Below, piece after piece: positions 9,582 to 19,400 of a stretch of 64,000 nucleotides of DNA. Each line of letters opens with the position of its first letter. Within the stretch, counting starts at the first letter, position 1. The notes below the pieces were generated by a model, which was given only the letters and a program-made list of their open reading frames with translations, did no database searches and had not been told where the DNA came from. The stretch lies in the NCBI GenBank assembly GCA_963677495.2, contig CAXXOU010000001.1, positions 832,001 through 896,000 on the forward strand, given 5' to 3'. Made by a program: the position numbers and the translations under genes. Source of the stretch: Candidatus Cloacimonadales bacterium (GTDB lineage: Bacteria; Cloacimonadota; Cloacimonadia; Cloacimonadales; JAFGVF01).

Positions 9582-10301
9582 CTATTCTTCGAACATATCA
9601 TCTTCTGATGGTGGAATGTACTCAAAGTGTTTGAGCATCTTCATTGTAGTAGTGTTTTCCATCTTCTGTCCACCAAACTCCATTACAGTTTCAGATACAG
9701 CTTTATTCGAGAAGAATAAACCTTTACTGTTTGTTTTGAAGTATGAAGTATTCTTCATAGCACTAATCATCTGGGGAAGAGGGAACATTGTGCTTTCTTC
9801 CATAACAGGTTGACCTGTTTTAGCATCAACAAATACTGTACCGATTATCTCAACTTCAGAACCATCTTGAGCTGTCTCTGTCTTTTTATAGGTGAATACA
9901 GCACAATCAGTACCTTCAATATCTTTATTCTTCTTCTTTCTCTTCAACTTGATTTCAGCAGGTTCAGCAAAGAAGATTCCATCTTTTTTGGGTGTGAAGT
10001 CTTGCATCAAGATTTGAGCAACAGCAGCATGATCAGCGGCTATCTCTTCATCACCCATAACGCCTTGAATGAATTCAGTTTCTAAACCCTCTTCAGTTTG
10101 TTTGATTGCCAGATGAATCTCAACTGTCATGCTCTGAGGACCGGTAACCTTAGATGTCATCTTGAATTTACCCGGAACCAGATTCCAATGTTTGTTTGAT
10201 ATATCCTGTGCTTTTGTCCATAATGGATCAACACCTTTTGCCATAAGGCTACTTGCTAAAACTAAAACTAACAGAGTAGCAAATAAAACTCTTTTATACA
10301 T
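9582..10301 (-). CDS. Secreted hypothetical protein
   Basis: Signal peptide, GGAG RBS, operonic with the ABC-peptidase genes. Confidence 0.7.
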   Translation of the reverse strand: MYKRVLFATLLVLVLASSLMAKGVDPLWTKAQDISNKHWNLVPGKFKMTSKVTGPQSMTVEIHLAIKQTEEGLETEFIQGVMGDEEIAADHAAVAQILMQDFTPKKDGIFFAEPAEIKLKRKKKNKDIEGTDCAVFTYKKTETAQDGSEVEIIGTVFVDAKTGQPVMEESTMFPLPQMISAMKNTSYFKTNSKGLFFSNKAVSETVMEFGGQKMENTTTMKMLKHFEYIPPSEDDMFEE

Positions 10302-10310
10302 AATTTCTCC

Positions 10311-13300
10311 TTAATTTGTCCTGCCCTGAACAGTTACAGCTTCTTCAGGTACTGAACCACTGACACTCACAATATTATCGTAGGGATTCTTGTCAATAAG
10401 CTTAAAGTAAGGGTCAACTCCAACTTTAATAGGTTCTTTATCTGTTTTTAAACTGAAATGACGTTTACCATCAGTTATCTTCACTTTCTCTTTATAGAGT
10501 GGATATTCCTTTTCTTTACCATTCACATACTTCTTCCCGAGTACAGCAACTTCAACCCAGTCATTCATAACTGTATCAGTTGTCTCACCTTTGCCATCAT
10601 CATACATCTTAGCAACTTCAACATCAAATTCAACCAGATGCTTATCACCTTTATCCTCAGGCTTTGTATATTCAAAGTTAGTTACTTTGTTATCATAAAG
10701 AGTAATTTTTCTATACCAGTCATCAACAAGATAATTAAGAGAATCAGGAGTTTCCTCTTCCAGAATTGAGAGGAATTCAAGTGAGTTAGTATATGGTCTT
10801 TCCTGGAACTTAACCGATTCAAGGTAGCGAGTAAGAGCTCTATTCATAGTTCTTCCACCAATCATATCTGCCATTGCATACATCACAATTGCACCTTTGT
10901 TATAATGGATATATTGCTGGTTCTCCACCAAGTAAAGAGGTTGTTCCTCTCTGCTTTCATAAGCTCTTCCCATAACATAAGAGTTAAGTTCACTCTTCAT
11001 GAACTTACCCACTATCTGAATACCGAACTTCTTCTCCATAACCTTTGCAGCTGAATACTGAGCAAACGCTTCACTAAGCATCACAGAACCCTGTACATCA
11101 GCACCTATTACCTGATGAGCCCACCATTGATGAGCTACTTCATGACAAGTCACAAAGTAAGGATAGTCAATATCACCTTTTTTATCATCTACATCAGCTA
11201 TAAAACCAATGGACTCAGAGAACGGGATAGTTGTAGGGAAAGATTGAGCATATGTAGCCCAACGTGGGAACTCAACAATTCTAAGTACTTTATTTTGGAA
11301 CGGTCCGAAACTGTTTGTATAATATGAAAGTGAGTTCTTCATTCCACTCATCATTCTGTCTACATTTACAGGATGCTCGTCATCATAGTAAACCTCAAGG
11401 TCAACTTTTTGACCTGTCTTTCGACTCTTCCAATGACCTTTCTTTACCTCTAACTCAGCAGATAAGAAAGCCACAAAGTTAAGGATAGGTTGGTCCATTC
11501 TGAAATGAACAAATTTCCTGCCATTCTCTTCCCATTCATCTATAACATAACCGGGAGATATTGGTGTTTGTGAAGCGATTGTGCTCATTACAACTTCGTA
11601 GTTTACCCAATCAGAGTCATTTGATATGTAGGTGTTCTTTCTGGCTTCTAAATCATCAACTTTAGCCATTCTCGCTTTAGGAGGAAGTCCCATCTTCTTA
11701 CGTTTATCAGGACTTGATATTTCCATATTCTCGCTATAAGCAAAGCCCGGAACAAACATCTTATTATTTAGGAAAGTACCGTTCTTAACAACAGAAGTTG
11801 AGTTGAAACCTTCAGGTTCTGTAACAAATTCAAAGTCACAGTTAAAAATCTCTCCCGGTTGTAGTGGCTCTGTGAAACGATATGTTCTGATACCAAACTT
11901 CTCATTCTCGACACTGATCTCTACATCTCTATCGAACTCAAGTTTGTTCATCGTCATATCCTGATTATAAGTAACATACATTGAATCAAGAGCTACTGTT
12001 TCTTTATTCTTTAAGGTTAGTTTACCACCAAGAACACCTCTCCCCTCTTCCGGATAGAGATCGACTTTTAAGCTTACATCTGTTATTCTTGGTCCCGGTA
12101 AACCATCATACTTTTTGAAATCCTTCTCTAACTGAGCTCTTATTTTAGTCCATGTCTTACTTAGATGAAACTCATTCACGATATTAGTCTGGTAGAATAC
12201 GATTCCCACCATTGAAAGGTAAACAGCTCCCAGTCCGATAAGTGTAGCTTTCACTCCGGTTGTCAATCTCTGTTGAGCCAACTGCTTTCTCTCTACGATA
12301 TTATTGTTTCTTCCACGAACCATCAACAGATAAGCCACTACAAGAAGAATAATATCCAGTGATGTCCAAAGCAGTGTATTCACAACATTGTAACCAATAT
12401 TACCACGCCATCCCGCCATGTCTGAATAACTAAGACCGATCCCGGATTGATAGTTAAACAATGGGTGTTCAAGCCCAATCATTGACACCATACCTCTTAA
12501 GATTACTACACCTAAGAATACAAAATGAGAAACATATTTGTTGTTTACTAATGTGTGGATTGTGAATGCAGTTAAAGTTAAACGGAAGATTGCTAACGTC
12601 CTCATAATGAACTCAACAAGATAAACATCAGGTTTAATGTTGGTAAACCCACTAAACAGCTGGAATAATATAGCAACTAAGAAAGCTCCAACTATGATTA
12701 TCATCTGCATTCCCATAAGTGCAAAGAACTTAGAAATAAGGAAAACCCAGCTCTTAGAAGGAGTTGAATCAAGCATCAAATCCATTCTATGAGTTCTGCT
12801 TTTCCAGAGAAGTTCTCCTGCGAAAAGGGTAACTAAAACAAGTACCAGAGTAGAGATACCACCATGCACACCTGTTACAACTTTATATGTAACCGGTAAT
12901 GTCTCTGTTTCATATATTTGACCTGATGATCTGATTGTGAAGTAAGTTAAGACCAATCCACAGACAACAAGAATCCAGAAATAGAACCTGGAGGTTATGT
13001 TCTTTATCTCCATACCTGTCAGGTAATATAGCTGCTTCCAACCCTGTCTGTCAGAGAAATCTTTCTTCACGTCAGCCGGATTGAAACTGATTGGCTTAAA
13101 CTTGGATTTAGAATTGCTTTTCTTCTCTTTCTTCTGCTTATTCTCAGGATATGCAAACACTGTTTTTATGTAAGATAACCAGAATAGCACAAGACCTACA
13201 CCGCTCCAGATTATACGATTTAGCATCATAATTGGTGTGAACGGTACAAGACTGTTGTTTCTCTCTGCAACACTCATTAAATCAGTCACAAAACTAGATG

Positions 13301-13964
13301 TATGCATTGCAAATGGATCCAGTATTGCTATAAGCTTCTTCATACTAACACGACCGGCAAATGTAGATAGAACAAGGTAAAATACTAGTAATAGTATTGC
13401 ACCAATATATACTGATGCCTGTTTCTTTGTTAATGAACCGATTGCATAGAATATACCGCATGTGAAAATCATATTTGGTAATACGATAGTTATGTAAGGC
13501 CAGAAGTAAGCAGCAACATTGATACTTCCAAAATAGCTTCTATCCAACCATGGTGAGATAGAGGATAGGAAGATACCCAATGCGATTGAGAACATTATCA
13601 TTGTAAGTACGATAGCGTTACCCAAGAATCTTCCTAGTAAGTAACTAACTTTGCTTATCGGTTTCGAGTAGATAAGCTGGAACATCGAATATTCATGGTC
13701 ACGACTCACTGCGTCACCCGAAAAGGCTGCACAGAAGAAGATAGCCAATAACTGGAAACCTAACACAGTTGAGTGAATAAAGAACGGGGAGTTAAGCATA
13801 ATTCTCTCACCGCTTCCTGCCATCATAACTCTCATCCCGGTAAATGCACCACCGGCTACCTGTAATGTGATATATGATAGAAGGAAGAACACACCCATAT
13901 AGATGTAGGTGGAGATTCTTGTTAACCTGTATTTAAGCTCAAATCTTAACATTTCAAGGAACAT
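10311..13964 (-). CDS. ABC-2 type permease fused to an M1 family zinc aminopeptidase domain
   Basis: Multi-TM N-terminal half; HEVAHQWW followed by LSEAFAQY (HExxH-x18-E); HYNKG. Confidence 0.9.
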   Translation of the reverse strand: MFLEMLRFELKYRLTRISTYIYMGVFFLLSYITLQVAGGAFTGMRVMMAGSGERIMLNSPFFIHSTVLGFQLLAIFFCAAFSGDAVSRDHEYSMFQLIYSKPISKVSYLLGRFLGNAIVLTMIMFSIALGIFLSSISPWLDRSYFGSINVAAYFWPYITIVLPNMIFTCGIFYAIGSLTKKQASVYIGAILLLVFYLVLSTFAGRVSMKKLIAILDPFAMHTSSFVTDLMSVAERNNSLVPFTPIMMLNRIIWSGVGLVLFWLSYIKTVFAYPENKQKKEKKSNSKSKFKPISFNPADVKKDFSDRQGWKQLYYLTGMEIKNITSRFYFWILVVCGLVLTYFTIRSSGQIYETETLPVTYKVVTGVHGGISTLVLVLVTLFAGELLWKSRTHRMDLMLDSTPSKSWVFLISKFFALMGMQMIIIVGAFLVAILFQLFSGFTNIKPDVYLVEFIMRTLAIFRLTLTAFTIHTLVNNKYVSHFVFLGVVILRGMVSMIGLEHPLFNYQSGIGLSYSDMAGWRGNIGYNVVNTLLWTSLDIILLVVAYLLMVRGRNNNIVERKQLAQQRLTTGVKATLIGLGAVYLSMVGIVFYQTNIVNEFHLSKTWTKIRAQLEKDFKKYDGLPGPRITDVSLKVDLYPEEGRGVLGGKLTLKNKETVALDSMYVTYNQDMTMNKLEFDRDVEISVENEKFGIRTYRFTEPLQPGEIFNCDFEFVTEPEGFNSTSVVKNGTFLNNKMFVPGFAYSENMEISSPDKRKKMGLPPKARMAKVDDLEARKNTYISNDSDWVNYEVVMSTIASQTPISPGYVIDEWEENGRKFVHFRMDQPILNFVAFLSAELEVKKGHWKSRKTGQKVDLEVYYDDEHPVNVDRMMSGMKNSLSYYTNSFGPFQNKVLRIVEFPRWATYAQSFPTTIPFSESIGFIADVDDKKGDIDYPYFVTCHEVAHQWWAHQVIGADVQGSVMLSEAFAQYSAAKVMEKKFGIQIVGKFMKSELNSYVMGRAYESREEQPLYLVENQQYIHYNKGAIVMYAMADMIGGRTMNRALTRYLESVKFQERPYTNSLEFLSILEEETPDSLNYLVDDWYRKITLYDNKVTNFEYTKPEDKGDKHLVEFDVEVAKMYDDGKGETTDTVMNDWVEVAVLGKKYVNGKEKEYPLYKEKVKITDGKRHFSLKTDKEPIKVGVDPYFKLIDKNPYDNIVSVSGSVPEEAVTVQGRTN

Positions 13965-13974
13965 CTGTCCCTCC

Positions 13975-14856
13975 TTAAACTATTTCATCAGCCGGGATAG
14001 TGCTGAAATAGACATCTGAAAGGTCAGGATTCTTAAGTTCGAAACCTTCCCCCGGGTTCTCATCATTAAGGACTGTAATCTGCAACTTACCAACTTGGAG
14101 TTTAGAAGAGATTACTTTGAACTCTGATTGATATTGTCGCATCTCTGATTTATCTATGAGTTTGATCCATAGTCTGTTCTTCAGATCACCAATAGCCTGA
14201 ATTGGGTTTGAAGATAGAAGTACTTCTCCTTTATGAATAATGGCAAATTCAGAACATAACTCACTCACATCATCAACAATATGAGTGGAGAGAATAACTA
14301 TTCTGTTCTCACCCAGTTCGGAGAGTATATTGTAAAAATGATTACGTTCTTTAGGATCAAGACCTGCAGTTGGTTCATCAACAATAAGTAAATCCGGTTC
14401 ACCTAATAGTGCTTGAGCTATACCAAAACGCTGTTTCATACCACCTGAGTAACCTCCAAGATGCTTCTTCCTCACATCGAACAGGTTAACTTCATTCAAA
14501 TAGTGATTCACAATCTCTTTACGCTGTGAGTTGTTGGCAATCCCTTTCAAACGTGCAAAATGACTTAGCATATCATAAGCTGACACATTAGGATAGAAAT
14601 CAAAGTCCTGCGGTAAGAAACCAAGTCTTTTTCGAATACCCATCTTATCTTTTGTTATGTCTATACCGTCAAATATAACAGTCCCATTATCAGCTTCTTG
14701 AAGTGTAGATATTGTTCTCATCAATGTGGATTTACCGGCTCCATTCGGTCCTAATAAACCAAACATACCTTCACTAATAGTTAAATCAATCCCTTTTAAA
14801 GCCTGTACTCCATTAGAGTAAGTCTTCTGAAGACCAGAAATTATGAGTTCTTTCAT
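13975..14856 (-). CDS. ABC transporter ATP-binding protein
   Basis: GPNGAGKS, YSGGMKQR and VDEPT motifs. Confidence 0.93.
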   Translation of the reverse strand: MKELIISGLQKTYSNGVQALKGIDLTISEGMFGLLGPNGAGKSTLMRTISTLQEADNGTVIFDGIDITKDKMGIRKRLGFLPQDFDFYPNVSAYDMLSHFARLKGIANNSQRKEIVNHYLNEVNLFDVRKKHLGGYSGGMKQRFGIAQALLGEPDLLIVDEPTAGLDPKERNHFYNILSELGENRIVILSTHIVDDVSELCSEFAIIHKGEVLLSSNPIQAIGDLKNRLWIKLIDKSEMRQYQSEFKVISSKLQVGKLQITVLNDENPGEGFELKNPDLSDVYFSTIPADEIV

Positions 14857-15049
14857 AATGATTCCTTCCCTTACATTTTTATAATCATATATATATCAAA
14901 TGATAAACTTCAGTTTAGTTACTGAGAATTTATAAAATTACACTTACAGTGTTATGGTCAAGGAGATTATTTATAACACTATGGAGTGCACCTACTTTGT
15001 AGGTGTATCTTGCCATGCGACTAGCACAACTACTCAATGCCATCTGGAG

Positions 15050-15930
15050 CTGTCACCTGTACGACTGATAAGGAGTTTGGGGAAATGCGTACTTCGACTC
15101 AAAGCGATGTCTTGTCTCAACACCTGTACCTTTGGAATGGTTGAAAACCTTGCAAATGGTGCACTTCGAAGGGAAAGCACCTCACAATTGTAACGAAACC
15201 CGCTTCGAATGACGGAATTAGCGAATCACACTATCGTTGCAATTCACTTCTTCCTACTTCATCAAAAGCATTTTATTGCTTTTCTGTTCCTTATCAGTCT
15301 TCACAACTGAGAAATACACGCCTGTTGTCACAGTAACTCAGGAGAGTCGCAGTACAACGTAGTGCCAGTGCCCTCAATTGCATAAAACTCCTTCAGCTTG
15401 TTTTAGCCTTGAAAAGGCGTCTGTTCAATAGCCACATGCTTTGGCATGTGGTAAACGTAATCTAAAAAGATGTAGCCCTAAAGGGGCGTAAGATTAACAT
15501 CTTTGGTGATCCGACGCCCCATCAGGGCTAATCTTGGCCGCGAACTATAACCCCAAGCGACAAGTCGCATGGGGCTATTGAACAATCGCTCTTTCAGAGC
15601 TTAATTTTTCCATTATTATTCCTTATTTTCTCTATTACAATTCCTGCGGAACACTTGGGGATATGCCCAAGAATTGGACATGTGATTCGCAAGCTATTCG
15701 GAAGAGATGAAAAACTATTGTAAGAGAGCAAAAAAATGAAAATACCATCTGCAATCTGTACCTTTGGAATGGTTGAAAACCTTGCAAATGGTGCACTTCG
15801 TAGGAAGAAACACCCCACCGTTAAAACGGCACCCCTTCAGTCTTCGCTTAAAGCTACGCCCTGACAGGCTACGAGAGGGGAATGTCCAAGAGCACCATTT
15901 CGAAGGTCTAAGGACATTCGAAAGGTAGAA
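15050..15930 (-). repeat. Mosaic of intergenic repeat modules shared with 24.3-24.6, 31.7-31.9, 57.6-58.0 and 63.7-63.9 kb
   Basis: Reverse complement aligns by eye in consecutive blocks to 24300-24550, 57577-58010, 31652-31855 and 63737-63857. Confidence 0.9.
15254..15325 (-). pseudogene. Orphan 3' end of a FlgD/T9SS-like CTD gene
   Basis: Translates TGVYFSVVKTDKEQKSNKMLLMK*, near-identical to the ends of 29678..31723 and 61609..63669; in-frame stop five codons upstream. Confidence 0.85.
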
Positions 15931-16025
15931 TATTGCCATATTTCGCTATGAGTCCAACTCCCATCCGGTCGCTATGAGCCCAGCTAACAATTTCCACTAA
16001 CATTTTCCCCAATTTTGCCCTGTTT

Positions 16026-16183
16026 CATCCCTTCCGGTTCCGTGACTAAAATAGGTGTTTCAAAGGTTAGCCACAGGTGACCCTCTCGTGACCCTCTCGT
16101 GGAATGGCACGATTTATCCACATCATGTGGATAACTTAAATATTTATGGGAAACTTGTCTTAGTCACGGGACTGGAAGGGATG
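16026..16183. repeat. Inverted-repeat element enclosing an inverted DnaA-box pair, copy 1
   Basis: 30-bp arms CATCCCTTCCGGTTCCGTGACTAAAATAGG / CTTGTCTTAGTCACGGGACTGGAAGGGATG; TTATCCACA-tca-TGTGGATAA at 16114-16134. Confidence 0.8.
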
Positions 16184-16411
16184 CCTAAAGCACAAATTGG
16201 AATTAATTACTTTAAACAAGCTAAATACAGTTGAAGACATTCTTTCTACAGGTCTATACTAATCATAAATGTTATAAATGCTATTCTTGTACTTTATGGA
16301 TAACTATATGATAACAAATTTTTTACTTGCTAATATTATTGCTTTTATCAAAATTATCGGTCAACAATTGTAATCACTAAGAAGATGTATATATATTGAA
16401 GGAGACTCTAT

Positions 16412-19400
16412 ATGCAAAAAGTAGGAATTATTTGTATATTGTTGTTATGCTTGTCAGCGATGCTTACCGCTGATACAATCGCTATTAACAGCAATTCTGA
16501 TGACTTGGCTTTAATCAATTCATCTGCAACTGAAATCCAATTCAAATATGGATTTAATGGAATTGATATAACTAATCTTTCAAATGATGATAGGAATTTC
16601 AATCAGTTAATTATCCCTGAATCTATTATTGATGGTAAAATCGGGGAACCGGGATTACCTGTTAGAAAAAAACTTATTGAGATACCTTGGGGGGCAGATT
16701 ACTCAATAAAGATTACAAATTATAAAACAAGAAGAATCTCATTAGAAAATAGGAATAAAATATATCCTGTGCAACCCTCTATTGCTAAAAATGTGGATAT
16801 TGCCGATGTTCCTTTCGAAATGAATGAATCTTTGTATAGAACTGATGCTTTTACATCATCTGAACTCGTTTCTTTGCAGGAAGTTGGTGTTATGAGAGGT
16901 ATCAGAGTTGCCAGACTTGTAATCAATCCTGTGCAATACAATCCTGTCATGAATATGATAGAAGTAAAGTATGACATTGAATTCAGTATAGAGCTTTCCG
17001 GTAGCGATATGGCTTTAACAGAGTACAATAAAGATAAAGCTTACTCTCCATATTACGAAATCGTTTATAATCGTGTAAATAGGACTTATCCTGACCATGA
17101 CTACCCTTCGAATCCTGATATGAGAAGATACCCGATAAAGTATCTCATTGTTGCAAATAGAATGTTTGAGAACACACTGCAACAGTTTATTGAATGGAAA
17201 ACTAAGAAAGGGTTTGAAGTAATTGTAGGTTATACAGATACTATAGGTTCCTCATCATCAGCAATCAAAAGCTGGTTACAAGGACATTATGATGCAGGTA
17301 CACCTTCTGATCCTGCTCCTTCATTCGCTCTTATTGTTGGTGATGTTGCTCAGGTAACTAATTACGGTACCGGTTCAAGTTCTGCCAAAGGTACTGATCT
17401 TTATTACTACTGCTATGATGGTGGTAGTGATTATGTTCCTGATATGTACTACGGACGTTGGTCAGTTACTTCAACAACTGAGCTTCAGAACATCATTGAC
17501 AAGACACTATATTATGAGCAATATCAGTTTGCTACTCCATCTTATTTAGATAATGTAACACTTATTGCAGGTGTGGATGGTACATGGAACCCTAGAGTTG
17601 GACAAGCAACAATCCAATATGGTATGAATCAATATTTTAATTCAGCTCATGGATTTGCAAATGTTTACGACTATTTAACCTCATACTCAGGATGTTTCGA
17701 TACAATGGATAGTGGTGTTGGATTTATCAACTATACTGCTCATGGCTCAACAACCAGCTGGGCAGATCCATCTTTCAGTACTTCAGATATAAGTGGTATG
17801 ACAAACTCAGGAAAACCCACTTTTGCAATTGGTAACTGTTGCGTTACAGGTCAGTATACTGAAGTAGGAACCTGTTTTGCTGAACAATTCATCAGATCAG
17901 AAGACAAAGGTGCCTACGCATATATAGGCTCAGCTCCTAATACATACTGGTTCGAAGACTTCTACTGGTCAGTAGGTGCTTTCCCTATTTCAGGTACAAA
18001 TGACGGTTATGTACCATCTTATAGTGAAACTACCTGGGGTGCTTATGATGGTGCCTTTATGACTGATTATGTTACAACCGACGCTACAAAGTTCTTAGGA
18101 AATTTAGCAGTGACTGAAGTTCATGCACAGAACTTTGAAAATCACTCTAGTGATATCTATTACTGGCAAGCTTACATGACATTCGGTGACCCTTCTGTTG
18201 TACCATATTGGACACAGGGTACTACTAATAACTATACCACTAATCCATTTATACCTATTGGAGCTTCTACATTTACTGTTAACGCAGAAGCAGGCTCCTA
18301 TGTCGCTATTTCACAAAATGGAGTATTGCATGGTGCTGCTTTAGTCGGTTCAACAGGCACTGTAGATGTTCCAATCACTGCCTTCACAGGTACCGGAACA
18401 GCTGACCTTGTTATTACTAGACCACAGAGGCAACCTGTTATTACAACTTTACCTATTCAACCTCTGTCAGGTCCTTATGTCTCTATTGAAAGTGTTACAG
18501 TAAATGCCGGTGGTGATGATGTAATCTCTAATGGTGAAATTGTATACCTTACTTTACAGCTTGAGAATGTTGGTACTTCTACTTCAACATCGACTTATTT
18601 AACAGTAAGTGAATCTGATAGTTATATTACTTTGACTGACAATAATCAATCATTTGGTACTATTGCTTCAGGTGCAACAGCTAATGCTTCGAACTGCATA
18701 GCTTTCACAGTTTCATCCAGTTGTCCTAATGACCATCCAATTGTGCTTAATACAACAATCACCGGAAGTGGTGAAACTTGGGAAAGCACAATTAATTTAA
18801 CAGCTTATGCTCCTGAGATTAGCATTGAGTCTGTAACTGTTAATGATGGAGCAAACGGCAACCTTGATCCGAATGAAACTGCTAACTTAAATGTTACAGT
18901 CACTAATACAGGTGGTGCTATAGCTACAAACTTCAACTATACTTTATCAACAACATATGGCAATATCACTATCAATGATAACCAGGAGACAACATCAGTT
19001 GCTACAGGCAGTAGCTCTGTTCTTACTTTCCCAATCACAGTTAGCTCTGCTGCTCAAGTAGGTGATACTGCTACTTTTAATCTTGCTATGAGTGGAACAG
19101 GTTATGCTAACTCTGAAAACTTCTCATTAGCTATAGGCATTATTGCAGAGGACTTTGAAACAGGTGATTTCAATAGTTACTCATGGATGATGGGGGGTGA
19201 TGGTGACTGGACTATCGCAACCTCAGCATATGAGGGTACATATTCTGCTCAAAGCGGATCTATTGACCATTCAGAAACATCAGAACTTTCAATTGATATG
19301 GATGTAACATCTGCTGATGATATTACTTTCTATTATAGTGTCTCTTCGGAGTCCGGATACGACTATTTAAGATTCTATATTGATGGAGTAGAGCAAGGAG

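Noticed and set aside
15050..15930. Integron attC cassette array
   Set aside because: No integron integrase and no consistent RYYYAAC...GTTRRRY-bounded sites; the modules look REP-like instead.
14954..15939. Short ORFs 14954..15193, 15594..15818 and 15715..15939 (also 24148..24417, 24266..24484, 57866..58054, 60975..61247, 63686..63883, 8972..9169)
   Set aside because: They lie within non-coding repeat modules; their mutual peptide similarity just reflects the DNA repeats, and frames are not preserved between copies.
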